Part shown: positions 47,989 through 58,136 of the stretch, in pieces
Numbering within the stretch: position 1 is the stretch's first letter
Layout of the letters: each line of letters starts with the position of its first letter
Assembly (NCBI GenBank): GCA_965223335.1
Contig: OZ244991.1
Span: 192,001-256,000 of the forward strand
From: Thermodesulfobacteriota bacterium
Lineage (GTDB): Bacteria > Desulfobacterota_D > UBA1144 > Nemesobacterales > UBA2774
Direction of reading: 5' to 3'
DNA length: 64,000 nucleotides
Made by a program: the position numbers and the translations under genes
Notes under the pieces: model-generated
Told to the model about the DNA's origin: nothing
The model's database searches: none
What the model saw: only the letters and a program-made list of their open reading frames with translations

Positions 47989-49510
47989 CTATTGCGGTGT
48001 TGGAAAACTTATCGTTTAGCAGCGCCTCTACACTGCCCTCCATTCTGGATAGAAATGGCTTGGGATAGATACCCATTACAAACATGAGTATGGCTATAGG
48101 GAGTAAAACCATTATCTCTCTTAGGTTGATATCGATCAAGGCTTTGTTGGCAGGTTTTTCGAGTGGCCCAAACATCACACGCTGGTAAGCCCAGAGCATA
48201 TAAACCGCTCCGAGTATAAGACCCGTGGCACCCAGTATCGAGTAGACATAGTTAAACTTAAACGCACCCAAGAGTATTAGGAATTCCCCGACAAACCCGT
48301 TTAGAAGCGGCAGACCGATAGATGACAGTGTGGCTAAGAGAAAAAATGCAGCAAAGATAGGCATGACCTTAGCTATGCCCCCGAACTCAGCGATCTTCTT
48401 TGTGTGCCTCCTCTCATATATCATCCCCACAATGATAAAAAGCGCGCCGGTGGAAAGACCGTGGTTAATCATCTGGTATATCCCACCCTCAACCCCTTGG
48501 ATATTCAAAACCAAGATACCCAGCATGACCAACCCCAAGTGGCTTACACTGGAATAGGCCACGAGTTTTTTAAGGTCGGTCTGCGCAAACGCTACCATGG
48601 CTCCGTAGATGATCCCTATAATCGCTATGGCTATCAAAAACGGCAGGAACGCCACCGTGGCCTCGGGAAAAAATGGCATTAGGAAACGCAAGAACCCATA
48701 TGTACCCATTTTTAAGAGCACCGCGGCCAATATCACACTGCCTGCTGTGGGAGCCTCGACGTGGGCATCCGGCAGCCACGTGTGGAAGGGAAACATCGGC
48801 ACCTTAATTGCAAAAGCTAGGAAGAATGCGAGAAATGCCAACCCCTGTGGGCTGAGAACACCGCCAAATGGGACACTCAGTTTGTAGAAGTCCAGCACAT
48901 CCATCGAAGGCACACCGAACTGCTCTAGGTGCAGGAAGTACAGATAAAATATCGCAATAAGCATTAGAGCGCTTCCAAACGCAGTATAGATAAAAAACTT
49001 AACTGCAGCATATATGCGCCTCTCTGTGCCCCATATCCCGATCACGAAGTACATTGGTATGAGCACTGCTTCCCAGAATATGAAGAAAAGGATCATATCG
49101 AGCGCTATGAAAGTCCCTATGAGAGCGGTTTCAAGAAAGAGCAAGAGTATCAAGAACTCTCTAAGTCCCTTTTCTATAGAGTTCCATGCACTTAGTATGG
49201 TGATAGGCATGATAAATGTGGTAAGCAGTACCAAAAAGAGGCTTATCCCGTCTATCCCAATATGGTAGTTCACACCTAGCCCCTCTATCCAGGGCAGGAA
49301 TTGCTCGAATTGCATCCCGGGAACTCCGCTTTGAAACTTAGTAAAGAGCGGGATCGAGATCACAAAAGCTATGAGTGTTACAACCAGTGCACAAATCTTT
49401 TGTAACTCTTCCGACTCTTCAAATAGGATCGAAAGAAAAACTATTATTGGGATACCGAGCAGCGGGAAAAAAGTAATTAGTGTTAAGTTGCCGTTTAATA
49501 TAGCTTCCAC
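47966..49510 (-). CDS. nuoM: NADH-quinone oxidoreductase subunit M (complex I chain 4)
   Basis: GIDGISL, FWE..LIPMY, IKVPMFPFHTWLPDAHVEAPT, LKMGTYG and AYSSVSH motifs. Confidence 0.95.
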   Translation of the reverse strand: MEAILNGNLTLITFFPLLGIPIIVFLSILFEESEELQKICALVVTLIAFVISIPLFTKFQSGVPGMQFEQFLPWIEGLGVNYHIGIDGISLFLVLLTTFIMPITILSAWNSIEKGLREFLILLLFLETALIGTFIALDMILFFIFWEAVLIPMYFVIGIWGTERRIYAAVKFFIYTAFGSALMLIAIFYLYFLHLEQFGVPSMDVLDFYKLSVPFGGVLSPQGLAFLAFFLAFAIKVPMFPFHTWLPDAHVEAPTAGSVILAAVLLKMGTYGFLRFLMPFFPEATVAFLPFLIAIAIIGIIYGAMVAFAQTDLKKLVAYSSVSHLGLVMLGILVLNIQGVEGGIYQMINHGLSTGALFIIVGMIYERRHTKKIAEFGGIAKVMPIFAAFFLLATLSSIGLPLLNGFVGEFLILLGAFKFNYVYSILGATGLILGAVYMLWAYQRVMFGPLEKPANKALIDINLREIMVLLPIAILMFVMGIYPKPFLSRMEGSVEALLNDKFSNTAIVIQQEDR

Positions 49511-49852
49511 AGGCCAGTCAATCCTCGAGTGTCGATTTCAATCACAGATTGGGCTGTAAATATACAGTAGAGATCCCTCGACCACAAGATTGTTTAGACA
49601 TAACTGCCAGAACCTTTACTAGATTCCTAGTAAATACAATCTAATCAACAAGCCAATACTAGAGGATTAACAGATATCGCGGCTGAGTTTATTGAAATGA
49701 ACGCAACTTTTATATACCATAACTCACCTTCTCCAGTGTATTGGTGAGAGTTAAGCCAATAAATTCGCAGAGAAGACCGGCTACACAAACTGTTTTATTT
49801 AATAATAGTTAAGTATGCGTTAAAATATAAAATTAACCCCAAACCCCGGAGG

Positions 49853-50935
49853 ATGTTTGAAATGAATTTCCTGACTATATATCGATTCAGACTAGTAGTG
49901 TTAGCAGTATTTTTGATAATACCTTTAATATCGGTCATTGCAGATGAGTCCCAGGACGCAAAACCCGATAACGCAAAACTCCTAGACCAAGCTAAAACGA
50001 TATTTAAACCAATTGGTGATAGCATAGAAGCCCCCGAGTCAAATCCACAAACTGCCGAGAAGGTAGAGTTGGGTAAAAAGCTGTTCTTCGACCCAAGGCT
50101 CTCGGTAAGTGGCGTGATTAGCTGCAACACCTGCCACAACCTTGCAACCTATGGCACGGACAACCTGGAGACCTCTATAGGACAAAACTTTGAGAAAGGA
50201 GGCAGGAACGCACCTACGGTGCTTAATGCCGGACTACACATGGCACAATTTTGGGACGGTAGGGCGGCAGACCTGGAAGAGCAGGCTAAGGGCCCTGTGC
50301 TAAACCCCATAGAGATGGGCATGCCCGACTCAGAACTTGTAGTGGAGAGGTTGCAAAGCATCCCGGGTTACCAAGAGGAATTCGCTGCCGTATTTGAGGG
50401 CGATGACCCGGTTAACTACGATAATGTTGCCAAAGCAATAGCAGCCTTTGAAAGAACCCTAGTGACCCCATCCAGGTTCGATGCCTATCTAAACGGTGAT
50501 GAGTCTGCGCTGACCGAGGATGAAACAAAAGGGCTCGAGCTCTTTATTACCAAGGGCTGTGTCACCTGCCATAACGGTATTGCCGTAGGCGCAAACATGT
50601 ACCAGAAGTTTGGTCTCGTAAAGCCTTATAAGAACGCCAAGGACTTGGGGCGCCACGATGTTACCGGCAAAGAGCAAGACAAGTTCGTTTTTAAGGTGCC
50701 GTCGCTAAGGAACATCACGCGCACCTACCCTTATTTCCATGACGGTCAGGTATGGGACATTAAAGAAGCGGTGAGAATCATGGGAGAAACACAGTTCGGT
50801 GTGGAGTTAACCGACGAGGAGGTCGATAGCATAGTTAGCTTTTTAGATTCACTCACAGGCACAATACCCGAGGGCGCTTTGACGTTACCCGTATTACCGC
50901 CGTCTAGCGTGGATACCCCTAGGCCGAGCAAATAG
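49853..50935 (+). CDS. ccp: Di-heme cytochrome c peroxidase
   Basis: Two CxxCH (CNTCH, CVTCH), RNAPTV, FWDGRA, FKVPSLRN and PYFHDG motifs; N-terminal signal. Confidence 0.95.
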   Translation: MFEMNFLTIYRFRLVVLAVFLIIPLISVIADESQDAKPDNAKLLDQAKTIFKPIGDSIEAPESNPQTAEKVELGKKLFFDPRLSVSGVISCNTCHNLATYGTDNLETSIGQNFEKGGRNAPTVLNAGLHMAQFWDGRAADLEEQAKGPVLNPIEMGMPDSELVVERLQSIPGYQEEFAAVFEGDDPVNYDNVAKAIAAFERTLVTPSRFDAYLNGDESALTEDETKGLELFITKGCVTCHNGIAVGANMYQKFGLVKPYKNAKDLGRHDVTGKEQDKFVFKVPSLRNITRTYPYFHDGQVWDIKEAVRIMGETQFGVELTDEEVDSIVSFLDSLTGTIPEGALTLPVLPPSSVDTPRPSK

Positions 50936-51109
50936 TGGTGAGTGATTTGATTTAACCGCCGAGAGATCCCTGTAATCGGCGCAGTACCATACGAGTATTG
51001 TTATAAACAGTGCGGATAGATATTGTATAATGTACTTGAGCGCGTATTATTTTATAAGTATGTAGACAGGTTACATACAGATGTCGTGATATAAAATATT
51101 AATTAAGGG

Positions 51110-51529
51110 GTGATTATTATGGGTATGAAAAAGGTTATAGGTATAACAAACAATTCCCCCAAACCGGCTGAGAACAAAAATGTCAGTTTTAAGAAATTCG
51201 ACAAAACAGAAAAGCCAGAGACACAGGGGGAGCTTACAGAGGCATCTATATTCGCAGCCCTCAAGAACGTCTATGACCCAGAGATTCCGGTCAGTATTGT
51301 TGACCTCGGCCTTATCTACGATGTGCAGATCTCGTCAGGATCCAATGTAAATATTAAGATGACGCTAACGACTCCGGGCTGCGGCATGGGGGCAATGATA
51401 GCCGGCCAGGCTGAAGCAGCAGTACGCGAACTAGGCGCCAAAAACGTCCTAGTAGAGATCGTATGGGACCCGCCATGGAACCCCGATATGATATCCGATG
51501 AAGCCAGAGAGAAGCTTGGGATGACGTAG
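51110..51529 (+). CDS. DUF59/MIP18 (SufT-like) Fe-S assembly protein; start may be 51119 or 51125
   Basis: VYDPEIPVSIVDLGLIY, MTLTTPGCGM and WDPPW motifs. Confidence 0.92.
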   Translation: MIIMGMKKVIGITNNSPKPAENKNVSFKKFDKTEKPETQGELTEASIFAALKNVYDPEIPVSIVDLGLIYDVQISSGSNVNIKMTLTTPGCGMGAMIAGQAEAAVRELGAKNVLVEIVWDPPWNPDMISDEAREKLGMT

Positions 51530-51543
51530 AAGCGGTACAATTT

Positions 51544-52602
51544 ATGACTTTAGAACCCGAGAGCATTAAAAACACACTAAAACAGGTTAAATACCCCGGT
51601 TTTACACGCGATATTGTATCGTTTGGGATAGTAAAAAACATAGATATTGCAGGGGATAAAGTAAACCTTACCCTTGTGTTGCCCAAGCCCGACCCCAAAT
51701 TGGAATCGGAAATAAAAGAAGCCGTAACCAAGGCAGTATTAGAGCACCCAGGAGTCGGTGATGTAAGCATGGAGATCTCAGCGCGAGAACCCCGTGCACA
51801 AGCCGGGGGAGGCCCGGCACCCGAGGCGAAACAGCCTTCAACACTACCCGATATTAAACACTATATAGCTGTGGCAAGCGGCAAGGGTGGAGTGGGAAAA
51901 TCCACAGTTGCCGTTAACCTGGCAGTTGCACTTTCCAAGCAGCGAGAGAATGTGGGGCTGCTAGATGCCGATATCTGGGGGCCCAGTGCACCTATAATGT
52001 TTGGGATCAACGAACGCCCCAACGCAACCACTGACAATAAAATCATTCCGCTTACAAAATATGGTTTAAAACTCATGTCAATCGGGTTTCTTATCGATGA
52101 GGACGAGACGGTTATATGGAGGGGCCCTATGGTTCACGGGGCCGTAAAACAATTTGTCGAAGACGTGCTTTGGGACGACACCGAGTATTTGGTCGTAGAC
52201 CTGCCTCCCGGCACAGGCGACGCCCAGCTGTCACTCGTACAGACAGTACCGCTTAGCGGTGGGGTGATCGTAACAACCCCACAGGACGTAGCACTGATCG
52301 ACGTCAAAAGAGGGGTACAGATGTTTAGAAAACTCAATGTCCCGATTCTCGGTATTGTAGAAAACATGAGTTTTCTGGCGTCCCCCGATGGAGGCGAGCC
52401 CATAGATGTGTTCGGCAGGGGCGGGGGTAAAAAGATGGCTGAGAAGTTCGACATCCCGTTTCTAGGAGAGATCCCACTTGACCCCGAGATTAGAAAGAGT
52501 GGGGACTCGGGCATCCCGATAGTAGAGTCCGATCCCAACAACCCAGCGTCCCGAGCCTTTGTTGAGATCGCAAAATCCATTCTGAGTGCCGTCGATAACT
52601 AG
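51544..52602 (+). CDS. mrp: Mrp/NBP35/ApbC Fe-S cluster carrier ATPase with an N-terminal DUF59 domain
   Basis: ASGKGGVGKST, WRGPM, DLPPGTGD, VTTPQ and ENMS motifs. Confidence 0.95.
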   Translation: MTLEPESIKNTLKQVKYPGFTRDIVSFGIVKNIDIAGDKVNLTLVLPKPDPKLESEIKEAVTKAVLEHPGVGDVSMEISAREPRAQAGGGPAPEAKQPSTLPDIKHYIAVASGKGGVGKSTVAVNLAVALSKQRENVGLLDADIWGPSAPIMFGINERPNATTDNKIIPLTKYGLKLMSIGFLIDEDETVIWRGPMVHGAVKQFVEDVLWDDTEYLVVDLPPGTGDAQLSLVQTVPLSGGVIVTTPQDVALIDVKRGVQMFRKLNVPILGIVENMSFLASPDGGEPIDVFGRGGGKKMAEKFDIPFLGEIPLDPEIRKSGDSGIPIVESDPNNPASRAFVEIAKSILSAVDN

Positions 52603-52785
52603 TTAGTAGTTGCTAACCATGACTGGCACGTCGCAAGTTTTTTATTGAATCATACTCACCGATGATTACTTTAATAATAGAGTCTAATAATTACCAGAAA
52701 CTAGATATTTGATGGTAAATTTTATTAGCAGACATACTAGGGATCAATTCTTTATTGCATTCAGAATATTTGAGTATAGGTATCT

Positions 52786-53787
52786 TTGGTTATGCAGCAA
52801 CAGATAAAAGATTACTACAAGATCCTGGGCATCGATAAAAACGCCTCGAAAGACGATATTAAAAAGGCGTATCGCAAGCTCGCCAGAAAATACCACCCCG
52901 ACCATAACCCCGACGACAAGAAGGCCGAAGAAAAGTTCAAAGAGATACAGGAAGCAAACGAGATCCTATCGGATGACGACAAGAAATCGAAATACGATAT
53001 GCTGCGCTCAAGCGACTACCGCCCGGGTGGATATCGCAGACCCGGAGGGCCATACGGTCCGGGCAGACCCGGAGGACCCCAATACGATATGTCGGGAGCC
53101 GATATCTCGGGCTTGGAAGATATATTCAAGGACATATTCGGTTCCACCGCAAACGACGGCCGCACGTCCAAAAGCCGCGGCGACGCGTTTAAAGATATAT
53201 TCGGTTTCGGTGGCAAATATTCCCCCGGCAGTGCGAGGAACCTTGAGTATCAGATCGAAATCGACTTTGAAACCGCCATTAAAGGCGGGGTGCGCGATAT
53301 TACAATCAACAGACAGAAAGAAGGCAAAGTCACAACTGAAAAGATATCTGTCAAAATCCCCGCAGGCGTGGATAACGGCTCTAAGATCAGAGTACAGGGA
53401 AAAGGCGAGACCGGCAGAGGCAAACGAGGTGACCTCTTCCTCAGGATCAAGGTTAAACCGCACCCCATATATAGACGTGAAAAAGACAATATTTACATGA
53501 ACCTCCCCATAACATACTACGAGGCTATACTCGGGGGCAAAGTCGAGGTCCCCACCCTAGACGGCACGGCTACAGTCACCATCCCTCCCGGGGTGCAAAG
53601 CGGCTCTAAGCTAAGGTTGAAGGGCAAGGGTGTAAAGAACGTGAAAACAAAGAAAAAGGGCAACCAATACGTTGTTGTGGAAATCGTTATGCCCAATAAA
53701 ATTAGTGAGATCAACAAGAAGATGCTCGAGGAACTGGCTGAATCCGACCCCTACAACCCGCGAGCTATACTAAAAAAATATATGTAA
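52786..53787 (+). CDS. Type II DnaJ (CbpA-like, no zinc finger); likely start ATG 52792
   Basis: J-domain with HPD, G/F-rich region and DnaJ_C; no CxxCxGxG repeats. Confidence 0.93.
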   Translation: MVMQQQIKDYYKILGIDKNASKDDIKKAYRKLARKYHPDHNPDDKKAEEKFKEIQEANEILSDDDKKSKYDMLRSSDYRPGGYRRPGGPYGPGRPGGPQYDMSGADISGLEDIFKDIFGSTANDGRTSKSRGDAFKDIFGFGGKYSPGSARNLEYQIEIDFETAIKGGVRDITINRQKEGKVTTEKISVKIPAGVDNGSKIRVQGKGETGRGKRGDLFLRIKVKPHPIYRREKDNIYMNLPITYYEAILGGKVEVPTLDGTATVTIPPGVQSGSKLRLKGKGVKNVKTKKKGNQYVVVEIVMPNKISEINKKMLEELAESDPYNPRAILKKYM

Positions 53788-53844
53788 CAATACCGAATGA
53801 TATATAATACTAATCACCACTAACCCCAGAAGGAGCAATAAGAT

Positions 53845-54129
53845 ATGACTGAAAAAACAAAGAAACCCGATGAAAACAACGCGATTGCTATGGACTTCTC
53901 GGCCTTTATACTGTCACTAAACGCATCGTCGCTCATACACCTGGGTGAAATCCCCGACCCCCAATCCCGAGAGAGAACCGTAAACGTCCCCGCCGCAAAA
54001 CACACGATTGAGATACTTGAAATTTTGCTTGATAAAACCAAGGGTAATCTCGACGAAGAAGAAGGTAACCTGCTAAACGATATAATTTACAACCTGCGTA
54101 TGAAATACCTACAACACACTAAGTCGTAG
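53845..54129 (+). CDS. DUF1844 family protein
   Basis: FILSL..LIHLGEIPDP...AKHTIEILEILLDKTKGNL pattern; AAGGAG RBS. Confidence 0.85.
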   Translation: MTEKTKKPDENNAIAMDFSAFILSLNASSLIHLGEIPDPQSRERTVNVPAAKHTIEILEILLDKTKGNLDEEEGNLLNDIIYNLRMKYLQHTKS

Positions 54130-54143
54130 GGAACAAATCCACT

Positions 54144-54869
54144 CTACAGACCCGTATCCTCAACACCCTCTACTATCTGGTTCATGTTACTCTGGACCCC
54201 CTGCACATACTCAGCACCCATAATATCTTCCAACGATCTAAGCCCTTTGGACACGATAGGAGGTCTATTGGTAGTGGAGTGCGCATCTGATGCTACAATA
54301 TGAAGTGCGTCCAGCTTTGCAAGCTGCATAGCACATTTTTTAGCACTTCTCCCATGAAGACCCTCGAGGCTGCCGGCTGTAACCTGTACTAGCGCCCCCA
54401 ACCTGGTCAACTGCAGGATCCTAGACGGATAGTTCTGAAACTCCCTGTTTCTCTCGGGGTGCGCCAGCACTACCTTAGTACCCTGGCTCTCCAGAGAAAA
54501 TATTATATCTTCCAGTCCGTAAGGCAGTGTGTAGTGCGGGATCTCGAGCAATAGGTACTTACCCTCGCCGAGCGTTATAATGTCCCCGTTAGCCAAGAGC
54601 TCTGGCAGATTGGCGGTAATGCCGATCTCCATCCCGGGCAGCACCTTGAGTGGGATGCTGTTTTGCTCCAGCCGAGTGTTTAGCTCAGCTACAAGCTCCC
54701 TTATCCGGTCAGTTTCCGGCTCCCAGTTGGTCCCCTGAATCCAGTGCGGAGTGGTAATGGATACCTTAATCCCGTCGCCGGACGCGATCCTTGCCATCTC
54801 GACACTCTCGTCCCATGACTTTGGCCCATCATCCACGTTTGGGAGGAGGTGGCAGTGAATATCTACCAT
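54144..54869 (-). CDS. CpsB/CapC-family PHP tyrosine-protein phosphatase
   Basis: DIHCHLLPNVDDGP, TPH, AHPERN and ASDAH motifs. Confidence 0.92.
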   Translation of the reverse strand: MVDIHCHLLPNVDDGPKSWDESVEMARIASGDGIKVSITTPHWIQGTNWEPETDRIRELVAELNTRLEQNSIPLKVLPGMEIGITANLPELLANGDIITLGEGKYLLLEIPHYTLPYGLEDIIFSLESQGTKVVLAHPERNREFQNYPSRILQLTRLGALVQVTAGSLEGLHGRSAKKCAMQLAKLDALHIVASDAHSTTNRPPIVSKGLRSLEDIMGAEYVQGVQSNMNQIVEGVEDTGL

Positions 54870-54943
54870 CTATAAACACCAAGGATAAATATAGTAAATA
54901 AAGTCTACTGTGATTTACACCTGAGAACAACTTTATTATAATT

Positions 54944-56452
54944 ATGAACTCAGACGATCTGATTAACAGACGAAAAGTTATGAAACAACCCAGACCGAGA
55001 CCCCCGGATTTAATCAAACATTTCAAAAAGTTACGCATAATTGTAGTGGGCGATGTGATGCTCGACACATATGTGTGGGGCAGCGTAGACAGGGTCTCGC
55101 CCGAGGCCCCAGTGCCTGTGCTAAATGTGGTTGAGGAGACTTCAACCCTGGGCGGTGCGGCCAATGTAGCCAAAAACCTTTTAACACTCGGACCAAAAGT
55201 AAAACTTTTCGGCACAGTCGGCAAGGATCATAACGGCGAGTTGATATTAGACATCATGAAAGACCAGGGGCTATCGACCAAGGGAATCGTAAGAGACCGT
55301 GATAAGCCCACTGTATCTAAAACGCGACTCATATCCAAAAATAATCAAATCGCCAGAATTGATAGAGAAGACATCACCCCGGTTTCAACAGAGATAGAAA
55401 AGAGTCTTTTTACCAAGCTCCAAAATTACATAAAAAAAAGAAGACCCGATGCGCTTATCATCTCGGACTACGCAAAGGGCACTATGAGCCCCACACTCAC
55501 AAAAAAAATCATAAAACTCGCACGATCGAACAAGATATTTGTTACCGTTGACCCCAAGGGCATGGATTACGCCAAATACCGCAATGCCGATGTGATAACC
55601 CCGAACACAAACGAAGCCGAAGCCGTCGTGGGCTATCCTATAGACAACACCCGAGCCCTCAGAAGAGCTTCTAAGGAGCTTATGGACCTGACACAATGCA
55701 AAGCAGTGCTGATCACTATGGGGAAAAAGGGCATTAGCCTCTTTGAAAAAGGTAATCGAATTAAAGTAATCGACTCCGACTCTGTAGATGTGTTCGATGT
55801 AACAGGTGCCGGAGACACCGTAGTAAGTGTGTTTACAATAAGCTTTCTGGCTTCTAAATCTATGGAACATGCCGTATCGGCTGCAAACAAGGCAGCGGGG
55901 CTTGTTGTGAGCAAAGTAGGTACGGCAAATCTAAACCCCGAAGACCTACTGGTACGACTTAACGCAGACAACACAAGCCTCGAAGTAAAAAACTACACCC
56001 GACAATCTTTAACCACAGCCATTTCCGGTTTAAAAGCCGATGGAAAAACCATAGTATTTACAAATGGTTGCTTCGACCTGCTCCACACCGGTCATATAAA
56101 ACTCCTAAACGAGGCCAAGCAACTGGGCGATGTACTCGTGGTGGCCATAAACAGCGACAGTTCAGTTAGAAAGCTTAAAGGCAGTAATAGACCATATCTG
56201 AAAATAGAAGACAGAAAACGGATTCTATCCTCACTCGAATCCGTTGATTATGTGGTCGAGTTCAGCGAAGACACGCCGCTTAACCTTATCCGCTCTCTAC
56301 GCCCCGACATAATTGTGAAGGGAGGGGACTACACAGTAGATAAGGTCGTGGGTAAAGATATAGTGGAGAGTTACGGCGGCAGGGTACATATCGTAGAGCT
56401 AAAGGAAGGGGTCTCGACAACCAAGATTGCAAAGCGGATTTCTAAGACCTGA
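54944..56452 (+). CDS. hldE: Bifunctional heptose-7-phosphate kinase / heptose-1-phosphate adenylyltransferase; true start may be ATG 54979
   Basis: VVGDVMLD, RVSPEAPVP and DVTGAGD, then FTNGCFDLLHTGH and VKGGDY; TTTACA-N17-TATAAT ends 1 nt before ATG 54944. Confidence 0.95.
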   Translation: MNSDDLINRRKVMKQPRPRPPDLIKHFKKLRIIVVGDVMLDTYVWGSVDRVSPEAPVPVLNVVEETSTLGGAANVAKNLLTLGPKVKLFGTVGKDHNGELILDIMKDQGLSTKGIVRDRDKPTVSKTRLISKNNQIARIDREDITPVSTEIEKSLFTKLQNYIKKRRPDALIISDYAKGTMSPTLTKKIIKLARSNKIFVTVDPKGMDYAKYRNADVITPNTNEAEAVVGYPIDNTRALRRASKELMDLTQCKAVLITMGKKGISLFEKGNRIKVIDSDSVDVFDVTGAGDTVVSVFTISFLASKSMEHAVSAANKAAGLVVSKVGTANLNPEDLLVRLNADNTSLEVKNYTRQSLTTAISGLKADGKTIVFTNGCFDLLHTGHIKLLNEAKQLGDVLVVAINSDSSVRKLKGSNRPYLKIEDRKRILSSLESVDYVVEFSEDTPLNLIRSLRPDIIVKGGDYTVDKVVGKDIVESYGGRVHIVELKEGVSTTKIAKRISKT

Positions 56453-56467
56453 CAGCAATAAAAATAA

Positions 56468-57226
56468 TTACATGCAGATTGAAGACAGGTATTTGTTTGC
56501 GTTCACCCCGAGCTCTGAGACCGGAGACAATTTCACCACGGTTCTAAAGGACTCACAAGCCTTTAGATTCTCACCTTGTTTGAGGTATGCCAATCCCAGA
56601 TTATAGTGCGCTTCATCGTATGCAGGATACCCAGCTATAGCGTTTTTAAACTCAGCTATAGCCTCTGCATCGCGCCCGGTGGATAAGTACAGCTTTCCCA
56701 ACTCATTATGTGCATACACAAACGCAGGGTTAAGAGAGAGCGCTTGCTCGTAATACTCTTTTGCTTTATTTATATTGCCCTTATTGAAGTAGGCCACTCC
56801 AAGACTGGTCAGTGCCCTGGGTCTTGCTCTATAGAGTGAGTCCGATGAAGCCACGGAGCACTGCTCGATGGCCTTATCGTACTCCTGGGTCCTTAGATAA
56901 AGCCCGCACAGGTTATACCTGGCTTCTGAGTATTTGGGATTAAGTGATATTGCTTTTAGGTAAGAATTGGCAGCCACCGGATAATCTTTAAGCCCAAAAT
57001 AAATCAAGCCCTTGATCATATAGACCTCGGGGTCCTGGTTGTTCATAGCCTCTGCCTCTTCAATCTCCTTCATGGCCTGTTGGAAGTTCCCCCTACGCAA
57101 AGAAGCAACCGACAGAGCTTTCTGGTTCTCATAGGCCTTTGATTCCTCTTCCGTTGTCGTTGATTTACCCCCGCAAGAGACTCCCCCGATCAATAGCAAA
57201 ATCAATATAAGTATCTTTTTTCTCAT
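56468..57226 (-). CDS. TPR lipoprotein, PilF/PilW/Tgl-like
   Basis: GVSC lipobox; about 6 TPRs; DSLY..RPRALTSLG segment. Confidence 0.75.
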   Translation of the reverse strand: MRKKILILILLLIGGVSCGGKSTTTEEESKAYENQKALSVASLRRGNFQQAMKEIEEAEAMNNQDPEVYMIKGLIYFGLKDYPVAANSYLKAISLNPKYSEARYNLCGLYLRTQEYDKAIEQCSVASSDSLYRARPRALTSLGVAYFNKGNINKAKEYYEQALSLNPAFVYAHNELGKLYLSTGRDAEAIAEFKNAIAGYPAYDEAHYNLGLAYLKQGENLKACESFRTVVKLSPVSELGVNANKYLSSICM

Positions 57227-57233
57227 AACGAAC

Positions 57234-58136
57234 TCATTCCAGATGCGATAATCTCATAAATGCGTGGAACCTGGTTTCAATCTCCTCCGTTCTAAGTGAT
57301 GCTATTCTGTTGACGCTAAAATCCTCCACTGTAAAAGATGCAATCACACTACCATACACGACCGCCTTTTTAAAACCGGTAAGGTCCGTCACGTTACGGC
57401 CCGAAATATATCCCATAAACCCGCCTGCAAAAGTGTCGCCAGCCCCAGTGGGGTCAATCACCTCCTCAAGCGGATAACTGGGCGCCCAGAATATCCCCCC
57501 GTCATAAAACATCAGCGCCCCGTACTCCCCTCTCTTTACTATAAGGAATTTTGGGCCCATTTCCATCACCACTCTGGCTGCCCGTGCGATACTGGGCTCA
57601 CCCGCAAGTGCTCGCGTCTCAGAGTCATTGATAAGAAGTATATCCACGTACTGCAGGACCTCTCTCAGTGCCTCGGGCTTATTCTCGATCCAGTAGTTCA
57701 TTGTATCGCAGGCCACAAGCCTGGGTCTATTCACTTGTTTCAACACGCTTAACTGCAGTTCGGGGTCGATATTTGCCAAGAATACATACTCTATGTTTTT
57801 ATAGCTATCGGGAATAATGGGGTCAAAATTTTCAAATACATTTAGATACGTGCCCAACGTGTCGGGATCCGCAAGGTCATAACCATAGCGGCCTTCCCAT
57901 TTGAATGTTTTCCCATCGCCCCTTGTAACACCCTCAAGCCCTATCTGCTTGGAACGAAAAAGCTCCATATGTTCTTGGGGAAAGTCCTCGCCCACCACTG
58001 CTACGACGTTCACCTGTGTGAACAGCCGTGCAGCCAGCGAGAAATAAGAAGCCGAGCCCCCAAGCACATTATCAGCCTTCCCAAACGGTGTTTCAACATC
58101 ATCAAGGGCCATCGAGCCCACTACAAGTACTTTCAT
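57234..58136 (-). CDS. PfkB-family sugar/nucleoside kinase
   Basis: LGGSASY, NDSE and DPTGAGDTFAGG motifs. Confidence 0.93.
   Translation of the reverse strand: MKVLVVGSMALDDVETPFGKADNVLGGSASYFSLAARLFTQVNVVAVVGEDFPQEHMELFRSKQIGLEGVTRGDGKTFKWEGRYGYDLADPDTLGTYLNVFENFDPIIPDSYKNIEYVFLANIDPELQLSVLKQVNRPRLVACDTMNYWIENKPEALREVLQYVDILLINDSETRALAGEPSIARAARVVMEMGPKFLIVKRGEYGALMFYDGGIFWAPSYPLEEVIDPTGAGDTFAGGFMGYISGRNVTDLTGFKKAVVYGSVIASFTVEDFSVNRIASLRTEEIETRFHAFMRLSHLE

Noticed and set aside
52603..52785. CIRCE or HAIR heat-shock operator before the DnaJ gene
   Set aside because: No TTAGCACTC-N9-GAGTGCTAA or CTTGAGT-N7-ACTCAAG match
52973..53500. Long alternative-frame and antisense ORFs (also 17721..18278, 28814..29329, 58028..58588, 61105..61689)
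   Set aside because: They overlap well-supported genes and show no recognisable motifs, so they are treated as shadow ORFs
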